From: a virus
Lineage: Duplodnaviria; Caudoviricetes
IMG/VR virus record: IMGVR_UViG_3300011335_000224
Span: 1-35,499 of that record
DNA: 35,499 nucleotides
Direction: 5' to 3' (one strand)
Program-made: the position numbers and the translations under genes
Notes under the pieces: generated by a model
What the model was told of the DNA's origin: nothing
The model's input: only the letters and a program-made list of their open reading frames with translations
Database searches by the model: none
Shown: in pieces, positions 8,909 through 17,610 of the stretch
How positions within the stretch are numbered: position 1 is the first letter of the stretch
Layout: each line of letters starts with the position of its first letter

Positions 8909-9079
8909 ATGACAAAAGAAGAACTCAGAAAGATTAGACGGTCTAAAGATGTAACCCAAGAAAAGTTAGCATCTATCTCAGGTATCTCACTTGCAACAAT
9001 TAACAGAGCAGAAAAAACGGGTAAGGTTAGACTTCAAACGATGCAAAAATTATTTGAAATATTACATAAAGTTTCTTAA
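8909..9079 (+). CDS. XRE-family (Cro-like) HTH regulator (56 aa, not in ORF track)
   Basis: MTKEELRKIRRSKDVTQEKLASISGISLATINRAEKTGKVRLQTMQKLFEILHKVS has the classic LR..R....TQ..LA...GIS..TI.R.E pattern. Confidence 0.85.
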   Translation: MTKEELRKIRRSKDVTQEKLASISGISLATINRAEKTGKVRLQTMQKLFEILHKVS

Positions 9080-9084
9080 TTTTA
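9053..9084 (+). promoter_or_regulatory. Candidate Bacteroidota-type promoter
   Basis: TTTG-N20-TAATTTTA upstream of ATG 9102. Confidence 0.4.
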
Positions 9085-9101
9085 AATCAAATCAAATCAC
9101 A

Positions 9102-9383
9102 ATGAAAAAACAAGTCACAACAAATGTCCGCATACCTGCGGAATGGTTAAAGTCAAGCATCGCAGATATTATGATAATGGTTACGGCAACCATTAATCAC
9201 ACAGAGGATATGGTTGATGTTTGTGTACGGGAAATTTTATTTCCAGGGTATCACGGAATCAACATTGAATCTCAATACCATTCTAATTTTTATGAATTGG
9301 TAGAACAGAAGTGTATGGATGCATATACCTTCAAGATGGATTCCCATTATGATAATGAATATTATGCCGATTATGTATTATGA
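9102..9383 (+). CDS. Hypothetical protein (start revised from 8991)
   Basis: ATG 9102 follows AAATCACA and avoids overlap with the HTH gene. Confidence 0.6.
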   Translation: MKKQVTTNVRIPAEWLKSSIADIMIMVTATINHTEDMVDVCVREILFPGYHGINIESQYHSNFYELVEQKCMDAYTFKMDSHYDNEYYADYVL

Positions 9384-9702
9384 TAGAATAGAGATGACCT
9401 TAGAGGTACGGGGTGAAGTTAGAGCAACTGCCTTCCCTTTGAGGAATCACGAAAGCATAGAACGGCAAAGGCATCAATGGTATTACTTTTACGGGTTAAA
9501 AACCATTAAAGGATGGGAAATATACATTACCCAAAAATCAATGATGCAGAACTCAATGCCATTCCGAATAGAAAAATCATTTCCTTATTTAATCAAATCA
9601 CAAGAACATGAATCAACAGAATCAGAATCAACAGACATCAATTGCGAACCAACTGATACTTCAGGGGGACTTGAGCAAGTTGTCGGCAAACGACAAGGTT
9701 AG
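9364..9702 (+). CDS. Hypothetical protein (start uncertain)
   Basis: Open frame fills 9383-9608; several in-frame ATGs; overlaps the next gene by 95 nt. Confidence 0.45.
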   Translation: MPIMYYDRIEMTLEVRGEVRATAFPLRNHESIERQRHQWYYFYGLKTIKGWEIYITQKSMMQNSMPFRIEKSFPYLIKSQEHESTESESTDINCEPTDTSGGLEQVVGKRQG

Positions 9703-10333
9703 GTATTATAACGGATATTGCGAAAGGATGGGACTTGACCCATTTACAAAACCTTTTGATATCCTCCGATTGAACGGCAAAGAGGTTCTCTATTGTACAA
9801 GAAGTGGTACGCAACAACTTAACAAGTTGCACAAGGTATCACACTTGATTACCAGTAGAGATACAAACCAAGAAGCAGGTGTTTACATCGTAACCTCTAA
9901 GGCATCCCTTCCCGATGGTAGGTGTACGGAATCTATTGGGGCAGTAAACATTGCAGGTCTAAAAGGTGAGATGTATGCAAACGCAATCATGAAGGCGGAA
10001 ACCAAGGCAAAACGGAGGGCAACCCTTGACCTCTTAGGATTAGGTGTACTTGATGAATCAGAGGCAGAATCAATCCCTAATGCAACCACAGTGGCATTGC
10101 AGACAATGGTTGAAGCATTGCCACAAATGGAGGTTGAATCGGTTGAGGTTATTGAGGAAACCGAGGAAGAAAAAGATTTGAGCATTGGTAGACTGGCAAT
10201 TGCAATAAAAAAGGCAAATAACATTATTGAACTCAAAGCAGTTTATGATACCAATAAGCACAAAATTGAAACCAACAAATTTATCAAGGACCAACTAAAA
10301 GCAAGAAAAAATGAATTACTTAACAGTAAATGA
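9608..10333 (+). CDS. Single-strand annealing protein (RecT/Red-beta-like)
   Basis: CERMGLDPFTK and MKAETKAKRRA motifs, acidic linker, SSB nearby. Confidence 0.7.
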   Translation: MNQQNQNQQTSIANQLILQGDLSKLSANDKVRYYNGYCERMGLDPFTKPFDILRLNGKEVLYCTRSGTQQLNKLHKVSHLITSRDTNQEAGVYIVTSKASLPDGRCTESIGAVNIAGLKGEMYANAIMKAETKAKRRATLDLLGLGVLDESEAESIPNATTVALQTMVEALPQMEVESVEVIEETEEEKDLSIGRLAIAIKKANNIIELKAVYDTNKHKIETNKFIKDQLKARKNELLNSK

Positions 10334-10742
10334 GATAAAAGTGGGGGATATTGCCCCCACTAAGTTTGGCATTGAACTTCTTGCCGATAGCATCCAAGAG
10401 CAGATAAACGATGGATTGCTTGACCCTTTGGATGTTGCCATTAAGTTTAATTGTATAGAACAACTTGCATCTTCGGTTAAAATCCGAATCAAGGATAATG
10501 TTTTAGCAGAACTTACTAAGCATCCGAAAGGCAAGGCAGAGATTCTTGGTGCATCGGTTTCCGAAATGACAACAGTTAAGTATGATTATTCAGACCTCCC
10601 AGGTTGGTCAGAACTTGAAGAACAAATCAAGGTCTTAAAGGAACAACAGAAGGAGATTGAGGACAAAGAAAGAACCTACCACAAAGGGGATTTGCCAATA
10701 AAGTCAGCATCTTCAACCTTCAAAATTCAACTCAGTAAATAA
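10311..10742 (+). CDS. Hypothetical protein in recombination module
   Basis: 143 aa with coiled-coil segment; lies between the annealing protein and SSB. Confidence 0.65.
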   Translation: MNYLTVNEIKVGDIAPTKFGIELLADSIQEQINDGLLDPLDVAIKFNCIEQLASSVKIRIKDNVLAELTKHPKGKAEILGASVSEMTTVKYDYSDLPGWSELEEQIKVLKEQQKEIEDKERTYHKGDLPIKSASSTFKIQLSK

Positions 10743-10749
10743 AACAAAT

Positions 10750-11016
10750 ATGCAAAAGTTAATCAGCATTTCAATTGATGTAGACAAAATCAACGCAAAA
10801 AGGTTGTACAAGGGTAAAAAAGGAAACTACCTATCGGCTACCCTATTCTTAAAAGAAGAAACCGACCAGTATGGTAACAATGGGTTTATTGTAGAATCCA
10901 TAACCAAAGAGGAAAGAGAAGCAGGGCAGAAGGGTACTATCTTAGGGAATGCCAAGTTTATGGCAGGAGGTTCTGCACCTAAACAGAATGATGATTACGG
11001 AGATGTCCCATTCTAA
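10750..11016 (+). CDS. Single-stranded DNA-binding protein-like
   Basis: 88 aa, beta-rich, ends in acidic-aromatic tail DDYGDVPF. Confidence 0.7.
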   Translation: MQKLISISIDVDKINAKRLYKGKKGNYLSATLFLKEETDQYGNNGFIVESITKEEREAGQKGTILGNAKFMAGGSAPKQNDDYGDVPF

Positions 11017-11025
11017 ATCTTAACC

Positions 11026-11055
11026 GGGTGGGGTGTAACAACCTCACCCATTTTT
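11026..11055 (+). terminator. Intrinsic terminator after SSB
   Basis: GGGTGGGGT/ACCTCACCC 9-bp stem, loop GTAACA, then ATTTTT. Confidence 0.7.
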
Positions 11056-11068
11056 AAAACAAATCACA

Positions 11069-11533
11069 ATGAAAATTACATTAGATTATCAAGAGCAAGA
11101 AATTGTCAGAAACATTGCACTTGCAAGGCATTTAAACAACATTGATAGGGGTAGTAGGTCTTATAAGATGGGAGGTGGAGATGACCTATTAATTAACCTT
11201 GAAGGCACTGGGGGAGAGTTCGCATTTTGTAAACTGAAAAATATCTATCCCGATATGAGCATTGACCATCCACTACCATTTGATTGTTATATAAATGGAC
11301 ATGGATTTATTGATATTAAAACCACAAAAAAACCCCACGGAATGCTTTTGGTTGGGGTTTGGAAATCAAGGTCAATACCAAGTTATTATGCATTGATGGT
11401 TGGGGAGATGCCAACTTATGAGTTCAAAGGATTCTTCCCAGGTGCAGAAGTATTTAAACCCGAGAATATTGTTAATCTTGGGCATGGTGAAACTTATGGA
11501 ATAACTCAGGACCGATTAATTATGGAACTATGA
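11069..11533 (+). CDS. Putative PD-(D/E)XK-like nuclease
   Basis: GEFAF...PFD...IDIKTT resembles the E..D..(D/E)xK catalytic layout. Confidence 0.45.
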   Translation: MKITLDYQEQEIVRNIALARHLNNIDRGSRSYKMGGGDDLLINLEGTGGEFAFCKLKNIYPDMSIDHPLPFDCYINGHGFIDIKTTKKPHGMLLVGVWKSRSIPSYYALMVGEMPTYEFKGFFPGAEVFKPENIVNLGHGETYGITQDRLIMEL

Positions 11534-11640
11534 AAAGATTAATTGAATGGGTATACTTCATCCTTATTGCCATTCCAGTTGCCATTGTTATTTATTCATT
11601 AGCATCTATTTCGTTGATGCTTAAAATTAAGCTAAAATGA
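11530..11640 (+). CDS. Small single-TM protein (36 aa, not in ORF track)
   Basis: MKRLIEWVYFILIAIPVAIVIYSLASISLMLKIKLK; ATGA overlaps on both sides. Confidence 0.6.
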   Translation: MKRLIEWVYFILIAIPVAIVIYSLASISLMLKIKLK

Positions 11641-11885
11641 TAGACACAAATTTCAACATTGAGAACGCAGTTGCTTACCTTGTCTATGATTTATCAATTG
11701 AGGATATTGAGGAAAGAAGGCAAAAAGCGGTTACATTCAGGTCGGGTAAATGCGTTTGTAACTTTATGGGATATCCTCCAAATAAGATTGTAGACTTAAG
11801 GCAGGTTGGAAGGAAGGTAGTAAGCAGAAATGATGGAAAAACCTATGCAGTAAGAGTGAAGAAAAAAGAGGTAAATGTGCAATAA
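11637..11885 (+). CDS. Hypothetical protein
   Basis: 82 aa, translationally coupled to the upstream ORF. Confidence 0.6.
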   Translation: MIDTNFNIENAVAYLVYDLSIEDIEERRQKAVTFRSGKCVCNFMGYPPNKIVDLRQVGRKVVSRNDGKTYAVRVKKKEVNVQ

Positions 11886-11891
11886 ATTATT

Positions 11892-11899
11892 TATATTTG
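11892..11899 (+). promoter_or_regulatory. Bacteroidota -7 promoter element TATATTTG
   Basis: Exact TANNTTTG match in an intergenic region; no clear -33 element. Confidence 0.6.
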
Positions 11900-11901
11900 G
11901 G

Positions 11902-12016
11902 GTACATAGTCGGGAAACCTATGTGCAAGATAAACTTTTTAATGCCTTAGAAAGGTTCGGAAGTTCTGCGAAAGCAAACTTGTTTCCCCCGAATCTTTTT
12001 AAGGTATATTTTTTTT
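11902..12016 (+). ncRNA. Structured leader/attenuator A (hairpin loop complementary to terminator bulge)
   Basis: Hairpin 11902-11926 with GGGAAAC in the loop; 18-bp stem 11943-11960/11989-12006 with GAAA-capped inner hairpin and GTTTCCC bulge; T8 tract directly before ATG 12017. Confidence 0.7.
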
Positions 12017-12586
12017 ATGGCAATAATTATTGAAAGGAAAAATTATTATCCTATTTGTTTCATTATAGGAGAAGATGGTACTTTATTAAAATCAAATGCA
12101 TTAGATGGTGCATTGTTTAATTATTCTGAATTACAACAATTACATGATGCAATTATTACCACATTAGATTACTATGAAAAAAGAAAATTCGTTGACGATG
12201 CTGAAATAGATGACTATAATGAAATACAACATTATTTAAGGACAAAAAATTTACAAAGCATACCAAGGCTTGAAGCATTTGCAGAATTGAATAGGCAATT
12301 TAATACTAATGTTTATTTAATGGTTGACCATAATACTGGATATTATAAAATAGGTAGGTCAAACAATGCTGCCAAAAGAGAAAAAACATTGCAATCAGAA
12401 AAGCCTACTATTGAAATGTTATATACATTCAAGGCAAGGTCTAAAGATGAAACATATTTTCATGAACTATTTAAGAAACAAAGAATAAGAGGAGAATGGT
12501 TTAATCTAAGTAAAGATGATATAGATACAATAGTATCATATTTTAAAAAATTAGATATAAATAGGCAAAGGAGGGAGCAATCATGA
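12017..12586 (+). CDS. T5orf172/MUG113 (GIY-YIG-like) domain protein
   Basis: VYLM...YYKIGRS...R.K.LQ...E..FH..F...RIRGEWF. Confidence 0.75.
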   Translation: MAIIIERKNYYPICFIIGEDGTLLKSNALDGALFNYSELQQLHDAIITTLDYYEKRKFVDDAEIDDYNEIQHYLRTKNLQSIPRLEAFAELNRQFNTNVYLMVDHNTGYYKIGRSNNAAKREKTLQSEKPTIEMLYTFKARSKDETYFHELFKKQRIRGEWFNLSKDDIDTIVSYFKKLDINRQRREQS

Positions 12587-13281
12587 AATACTTCCTACAT
12601 GACACAAACTCTTTCAATGATGATAAAATAACTGAATTATACATTAATTTTGGTTATGAGGGTTTAGGTTTATTTTATACTTTACTTGAAAAGTTTGCCT
12701 CACAAGAGAAACCAATTAAAACAATAGTCTTAAAAAAGCAGTTAAATATTGGAAAGAAGTTGGAAAAATGCTGGAAGTTTCTTGAAGATATTGAACTAAT
12801 TCAGTCAGACAATGGTGAAAGTTTCAATGAGAGAATACTAAACTTTGCAGGAAAGTATAAGATAAAAAGTGAAAAAAATGCAGAACGTGTTGCACAATGG
12901 CGTGATAAACAAGTAGTTACAAATAATGTAACGCATTACGAACAAGAATGTAACACAGATAAAGTAAAGGAAACTAAAGTAAAAGAAAGTAAATTAGGTT
13001 TTGTACGTCCTGAATTATTTCAAGTTCAGAACTATTTTGAAGAAGTTGGTGCATTGACTGAAGCAGAAGGATTCTTTAACTACTATGAGAGCAATGGTTG
13101 GAAGGTAGGAAAGAACCCGATGAAGGACTGGCAAGCAGCATCAAGAAACTGGATTAAAAACTCTAAAAACTATAAATCAAATGTTACCACTAAATCAAAC
13201 GCTGACATCTATTCAGAACGCAGGGCAGAACTCCATAAGTACACAGAGCAGATTGACCAACTCAGAGGAATTAGACCTTGA
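12583..13281 (+). CDS. Replication initiator (DUF4373-like N-terminus)
   Basis: YFLHD....D.KI..L...FG.EG.G N-terminal pattern; C-terminal FFNYYESNGWKVGKNPMKDWQAA domain. Confidence 0.7.
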   Translation: MKYFLHDTNSFNDDKITELYINFGYEGLGLFYTLLEKFASQEKPIKTIVLKKQLNIGKKLEKCWKFLEDIELIQSDNGESFNERILNFAGKYKIKSEKNAERVAQWRDKQVVTNNVTHYEQECNTDKVKETKVKESKLGFVRPELFQVQNYFEEVGALTEAEGFFNYYESNGWKVGKNPMKDWQAASRNWIKNSKNYKSNVTTKSNADIYSERRAELHKYTEQIDQLRGIRP

Positions 13282-13939
13282 GAAGTTTAAACTATCACGG
13301 ACCAGTGAACCAATTAAAAATCTAAGTAGTGGGTTGGTGATTGATGAACTTTTGAACGGAATGCAGAAACTTGGTGTTAAGGGTGATAAGATGCCAAATA
13401 ATGCGGACCTTCTTATCATGTACAAGTCCATTATGGAGGAATATCCTAACATCAAAATCGGTGAGATATCTCTTGGATTTGACCTTGCTTCAAAAGGCAA
13501 ACTTGATATTGATGCAGAAACTTATCAGAACTTCTCTATGCTTTACCTACATAGAATACTCAGGGCATTTGCTCGGTATGGTATGCAGAAACTTAATGAA
13601 ATTAAACCAGTGACAGAAAACAATTGGCAACCAAGATTTATAACGGATGATGAAAAGATTGAAACTGCCTTTGATTGCTTCAAGAAGTTTAGGCAATGGG
13701 ATAATATTGTTTTCGGGGTGGATGTGTTCAATATCCTGCACAAGAGAGGTAACATCATTGTAACTGCATCTGAAACCTATGAGAAGGTACTGACCGCTAT
13801 GAATGAGAAAATGTTTGAAGGTAGCCGTCAAGATAAGATTGATGTTAAGAATAAGATGAAAGATGATGATTATATGGAACATCAATGCTATCGGATGGCG
13901 GTATCTGAATACTTTACTAAACTCATAAACAGAGGGTAA
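13181..13939 (+). CDS. Hypothetical replication-associated protein
   Basis: 252 aa, no Walker motifs; occupies the helicase-loader position after the initiator. Confidence 0.5.
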   Translation: MLPLNQTLTSIQNAGQNSISTQSRLTNSEELDLEKFKLSRTSEPIKNLSSGLVIDELLNGMQKLGVKGDKMPNNADLLIMYKSIMEEYPNIKIGEISLGFDLASKGKLDIDAETYQNFSMLYLHRILRAFARYGMQKLNEIKPVTENNWQPRFITDDEKIETAFDCFKKFRQWDNIVFGVDVFNILHKRGNIIVTASETYEKVLTAMNEKMFEGSRQDKIDVKNKMKDDDYMEHQCYRMAVSEYFTKLINRG

Positions 13940-14244
13940 TGGATTTAACCGCAGGAATGATAACAAAATTTGCTTTAATCAAGTTGGAAGTACTTGGGTG
14001 CTATGTTTGGCGAAACAACAACCTAAGTATTCCAGGCAGGAAGTTCATTGGTGAGAGAGGGGTGGCAGATATCATAGGTTTTCATAAAGCAACTGGCAAG
14101 GCGGTATATTGTGAGGTAAAGACTATTGCGGATAAATTAAGCGATTATCAGATAGTTTTTCTCAATAGAGCAAAAAATGCAGGTTGTTTGTGCTACCTTG
14201 CAACTGATAAAAATGGAATCCCTGAACTTAACGAATGGATTTAA
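13939..14244 (+). CDS. VRR-NUC family nuclease
   Basis: GVADI...CEVKT...LSDYQ..FL motif. Confidence 0.8.
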   Translation: MDLTAGMITKFALIKLEVLGCYVWRNNNLSIPGRKFIGERGVADIIGFHKATGKAVYCEVKTIADKLSDYQIVFLNRAKNAGCLCYLATDKNGIPELNEWI

Positions 14245-14750
14245 CAAAGAACGATATCATCCAAAGTCTATACACCGATAAGGATATAGACAATGCCATC
14301 AAGAAGATGCAACCATTAGAATTGCAAGATGACTTGAGGCAGGAGATGTTTATGGTACTTTGTGAGATGGATGAGGTAAAGTTTATGAATATGTACCAAA
14401 ACGGATTCATAAAGTTTTACTTAGTACGGACTATGCTATCAATGATAAAGTCTGATAGGTCAACCTTCTTTAATAAGTTCCGCAGAACATTTACCGAATG
14501 GACTGAGCAACATGATGCACCTGATTCAACTGATACCATTCAGGCAGATGAGATTGCAGTAAAACTAAATAATTCACTAAAAATACTCCATTGGTACGAA
14601 CTTGAAATCTTCCGTTTGTACTCCGAGAATGGGCAGAACATAATGTCCCTTTCAAGGGATACTGGAATCCCTTATCGTTCCCTTATGAAAACAATTAAGA
14701 AAACACGAACACTTCTTAAATATAAAATCAAAAACCATGTTACTTATTAA
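14235..14750 (+). CDS. ECF-like RNA polymerase sigma factor
   Basis: Region 2-like DDLRQEMFMVL; region 4-like HTH EIFRLY...SLSRDTGIPYRSL. Confidence 0.7.
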   Translation: MDLTKNDIIQSLYTDKDIDNAIKKMQPLELQDDLRQEMFMVLCEMDEVKFMNMYQNGFIKFYLVRTMLSMIKSDRSTFFNKFRRTFTEWTEQHDAPDSTDTIQADEIAVKLNNSLKILHWYELEIFRLYSENGQNIMSLSRDTGIPYRSLMKTIKKTRTLLKYKIKNHVTY

Positions 14751-14988
14751 AATCGTTATTGCATCACTTTTCTCGGTCTTTTACATTATTGATATGGTAA
14801 GACTGCCTGAGCGGTTTAAAATCAATTATAAACCATTTAATTGTAATATGTGCCTTTCCGTATATATTGCCATTGCTTTGTATTTATTGCCAACAATCGT
14901 CTTAAATTGCGTTTTGGTTGCATTTGTAAGTGGAGTATCTGCACCACTGTTTCGTAATCTATTAAATAACATATTCTTTAAAAAGTAA
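14737..14988 (+). CDS. Membrane protein with CxxC (DUF1360-like)
   Basis: Hydrophobic segments around KPFNCNMCLSVY. Confidence 0.55.
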   Translation: MLLIKIVIASLFSVFYIIDMVRLPERFKINYKPFNCNMCLSVYIAIALYLLPTIVLNCVLVAFVSGVSAPLFRNLLNNIFFKK

Positions 14989-14991
14989 ACA

Positions 14992-15162
14992 ATGGATTCA
15001 AAAGTTTGTCCTAAATGTCAAAGGTTAAAGGAAAGAAAGGAATTTAGCAAATCAACTGCAAGAACTGACCGAATGGCGGTTTATTGCAAGGAATGCGAAA
15101 ACCTACAAAGAAGAAAAAAGAATGAGGAAAGAAAGAAAGATGCAATGTATGGCATAATTTAG
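14992..15162 (+). CDS. Small zinc-finger protein (56 aa, not in ORF track)
   Basis: MDSKVCPKC...F...YCKEC followed by a basic helix. Confidence 0.7.
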   Translation: MDSKVCPKCQRLKERKEFSKSTARTDRMAVYCKECENLQRRKKNEERKKDAMYGII

Positions 15163-15219
15163 TTTAACAAAACCATAAATAATGTAGTAAATCACCTTTA
15201 AAATCAAAACAAATAAACT

Positions 15220-15435
15220 ATGGCACAACAAACAGCAGTTGAATGGTTAGTTGAACAACTACCACAAATAGATTGGGATGACCCATATTATGCAGGTCTT
15301 TTACAAGAAGCTGAAAGAATGGAGAAGGAGCAGATAAAAGATGCTTTTGATGATGGATATAAATTAGGAGATTATGAATTAACTAATGATGATATAGAAA
15401 ATTACTACAACGAAACCTATAACAAACAACTATGA
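15220..15435 (+). CDS. Hypothetical phage protein
   Basis: 71 aa, QTAVEWL...MEKEQI.DA...YYNETY. Confidence 0.65.
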   Translation: MAQQTAVEWLVEQLPQIDWDDPYYAGLLQEAERMEKEQIKDAFDDGYKLGDYELTNDDIENYYNETYNKQL

Positions 15436-15722
15436 CCCAAGAAGATGAAAAGTTCATTCAGGATAATATATACAACTTTGAATGCGTTAAGGTTGGTTTT
15501 ATGAAGAACCTTCCTTTGCATATCTTGGTCGGTTATGAACAGATTTACAGAAGGTATTTAGACAGTGGGTTTATCCTTACCTCTTGGTGTTCCAATTGTG
15601 TTGCCGACATGATGAAACGATTGAGTAATTACTGGGATTCATACCAAGCAAATAAATCAGTTGAGCAACCTATCCAACAAGCACCAAAGAAAAAAGGTAG
15701 ACCATTTAAAAACAAGCAATGA
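15432..15722 (+). CDS. Hypothetical protein with CxxC and basic tail
   Basis: WCSNC; C-terminal KKKGRP (AT-hook-like); ATGA-coupled. Confidence 0.6.
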   Translation: MTQEDEKFIQDNIYNFECVKVGFMKNLPLHILVGYEQIYRRYLDSGFILTSWCSNCVADMMKRLSNYWDSYQANKSVEQPIQQAPKKKGRPFKNKQ

Positions 15723-16243
15723 TATCACACGAGGAATTTTTACAGACAGAACTTGAAATGGGTATCAATGGAGATAACCTTAACTTCATTAATCTTGCCA
15801 ATGCAACAGTAAACCAACTATCAATATCTTATCATTCAGTACTTGACTATGGTGCAGGAATAGGTGTTTACTCAGATGCCTTTCATAGATCAGGCAAAGA
15901 AACTTACACCTTTGAACTTTGGAAACCACATCGGGAATATATAAAGATTAAGTTCCCACATTTAACCATTGTTAAACAACCAATTACAACAGACCTGCTT
16001 TGTTGGATTGAGGTTGCTGAACATATGAAGGATGAGGAAATAGATATCTTATTTGAAAAGATTAAACCAAAATACATCCTATTTTCATCTACACCACACA
16101 AGACTGAGAATGATGAAGCCTGGGGTCATATAAATATCAAGGACCATCAAGGATGGATTGATACTATGCAAAAGCATAAGTTCACATTCATTCAGAATCT
16201 ATCATACCCAACTCCGTGGGCAAAACTATTCCAATGCGTATAA
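15719..16243 (+). CDS. Class I SAM-dependent methyltransferase
   Basis: VLDYGAGIG motif I; DLLCWIEVAEH; GHIN. Confidence 0.8.
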   Translation: MISHEEFLQTELEMGINGDNLNFINLANATVNQLSISYHSVLDYGAGIGVYSDAFHRSGKETYTFELWKPHREYIKIKFPHLTIVKQPITTDLLCWIEVAEHMKDEEIDILFEKIKPKYILFSSTPHKTENDEAWGHINIKDHQGWIDTMQKHKFTFIQNLSYPTPWAKLFQCV

Positions 16244-17238
16244 TAGCAATCGGACAAAGAAATTCAGGGGTATCTTTCCATAGGTTATTTAACCCAATTA
16301 TCTATCTTGAGAAGGACTTTGCAATGATGACGGATACCATCACTGAGGAAGAACTGGAGAAAGGATATGACATTATGTTTATCAATAGGTATGTAGCAGG
16401 AGTTGAAGTTGATGAGATTATAAGACTGCGTGAGAAGTACGGATTTAAGTTGGTAGTGGATATTGATGATTACTGGAATCTTGACCCTTGGCATATCTTG
16501 TACGGCAAATATCCGTACAAAAAAGTGATAGACCACATCAAGATAGCAGACTTGGTAATCTGCTCAAACAACGATTTGGCAACTTATGTGGATGACCTTA
16601 ATCCAAATTGGATAGTAATACCTAATGCCTTACCTTACGGAGAGGACCAATTTACAGATATCAAAACGGAATCAGAAAAGGTCCGCTTTGTTTATGCAGG
16701 TTCAATAACTCACGGCAAGGATATTGCACTACTAAAGAATCCAATGAAACGGGTGTCATCAGATGTTATTACAAAGAATAACTCAAGGTTCATCCTTTGC
16801 GGTTATTCTCAAGATAAGCAAGTAGCAAACGAATGGGGCAGAATGATTAATGATTACCTTTGCGGTTTCAAGGTTGATGGTTACATCCGTGAGGCATTAC
16901 CCGTTGATGAGTATATGAACTTTTACAATGAAGCTGATGTTTGCCTTGTGCCTTTGGTAGATTCCAAGTTCAACTCAATGAAATCTAATCTTAAAGTATT
17001 GGAGGCAGCAACTAAGAATGCACCAGTAATTGCATCAAATGTAAAACCTTATTCTGATTGCCCATATATAATACCAATAACACATCAGGGCGGTTGGTTT
17101 GAAAACATTAAAAAAGTTGTCAAAGATGCTATTTATAGAGAGGAGATGGGCATTGCGAATGGTGAATGGTGTAGGGAGAACTTTGACCTTAAAAAAGTAA
17201 ACAAATTAAGAAGTCAAGTTTTTGAATCATATATTTAA
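16216..17238 (+). CDS. GT-B fold glycosyltransferase (GT4-like)
   Basis: VVDIDD, VIPNA, ADVCLVPL..SKFN..KSNLKVLEA....PVIAS; the real start may be ATG 16234. Confidence 0.85.
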   Translation: MGKTIPMRIIAIGQRNSGVSFHRLFNPIIYLEKDFAMMTDTITEEELEKGYDIMFINRYVAGVEVDEIIRLREKYGFKLVVDIDDYWNLDPWHILYGKYPYKKVIDHIKIADLVICSNNDLATYVDDLNPNWIVIPNALPYGEDQFTDIKTESEKVRFVYAGSITHGKDIALLKNPMKRVSSDVITKNNSRFILCGYSQDKQVANEWGRMINDYLCGFKVDGYIREALPVDEYMNFYNEADVCLVPLVDSKFNSMKSNLKVLEAATKNAPVIASNVKPYSDCPYIIPITHQGGWFENIKKVVKDAIYREEMGIANGEWCRENFDLKKVNKLRSQVFESYI

Positions 17239-17250
17239 AACATAAGTCAA

Positions 17251-17493
17251 ATGAGAGCAGAGTTACATTTTAACCTTGATGATTACGATGATAAAATTGA
17301 GCATCTTAAATGTGTTCAAGCATCAGACTTATGTAGTGCAGTTTGGGAGTTTTTAAATAACACAAGAGAAACTTTAACAGAGAATGCAGTAAAACAGAAC
17401 ATTGATGTAGATGATGCAATCGTCTTGGTTTACAGAACGTTTTGGGAGATACTGGAAGAAAGGAATATTAATATAGATAAACTCGTTCAATGA
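17251..17493 (+). CDS. Hypothetical protein
   Basis: 80 aa ORF. Confidence 0.6.
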   Translation: MRAELHFNLDDYDDKIEHLKCVQASDLCSAVWEFLNNTRETLTENAVKQNIDVDDAIVLVYRTFWEILEERNINIDKLVQ

Positions 17494-17609
17494 AGTACAA
17501 ACCTAAATGGGTAACGTGTAAGAACTGTCATAAGAAGTATACTATTACAATCATCAAGTCAAAGGCGAAAGAAAGCAAGTGCGGTCATTGTGGAACAATA
17601 AATAAATAA
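17490..17609 (+). CDS. Com-like zinc-ribbon protein (39 aa, not in ORF track)
   Basis: MKYKPKWVTCKNCHKKYTITIIKSKAKESKCGHCGTINK; ATGA-coupled upstream; ends 1 nt before the GT-A gene. Confidence 0.65.
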   Translation: MKYKPKWVTCKNCHKKYTITIIKSKAKESKCGHCGTINK

Positions 17610-17610
17610 A

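Noticed and set aside
8991-9101. N-terminal extension of ORF 8991-9383
   Set aside because: It overlaps the clear XRE HTH gene; ATG 9102 has the better initiation context.
9346-9384. ATTATG-like short repeats
   Set aside because: Irregular spacing; explained by Tyr/Asp codons overlapping Met/Ile codons in two frames.
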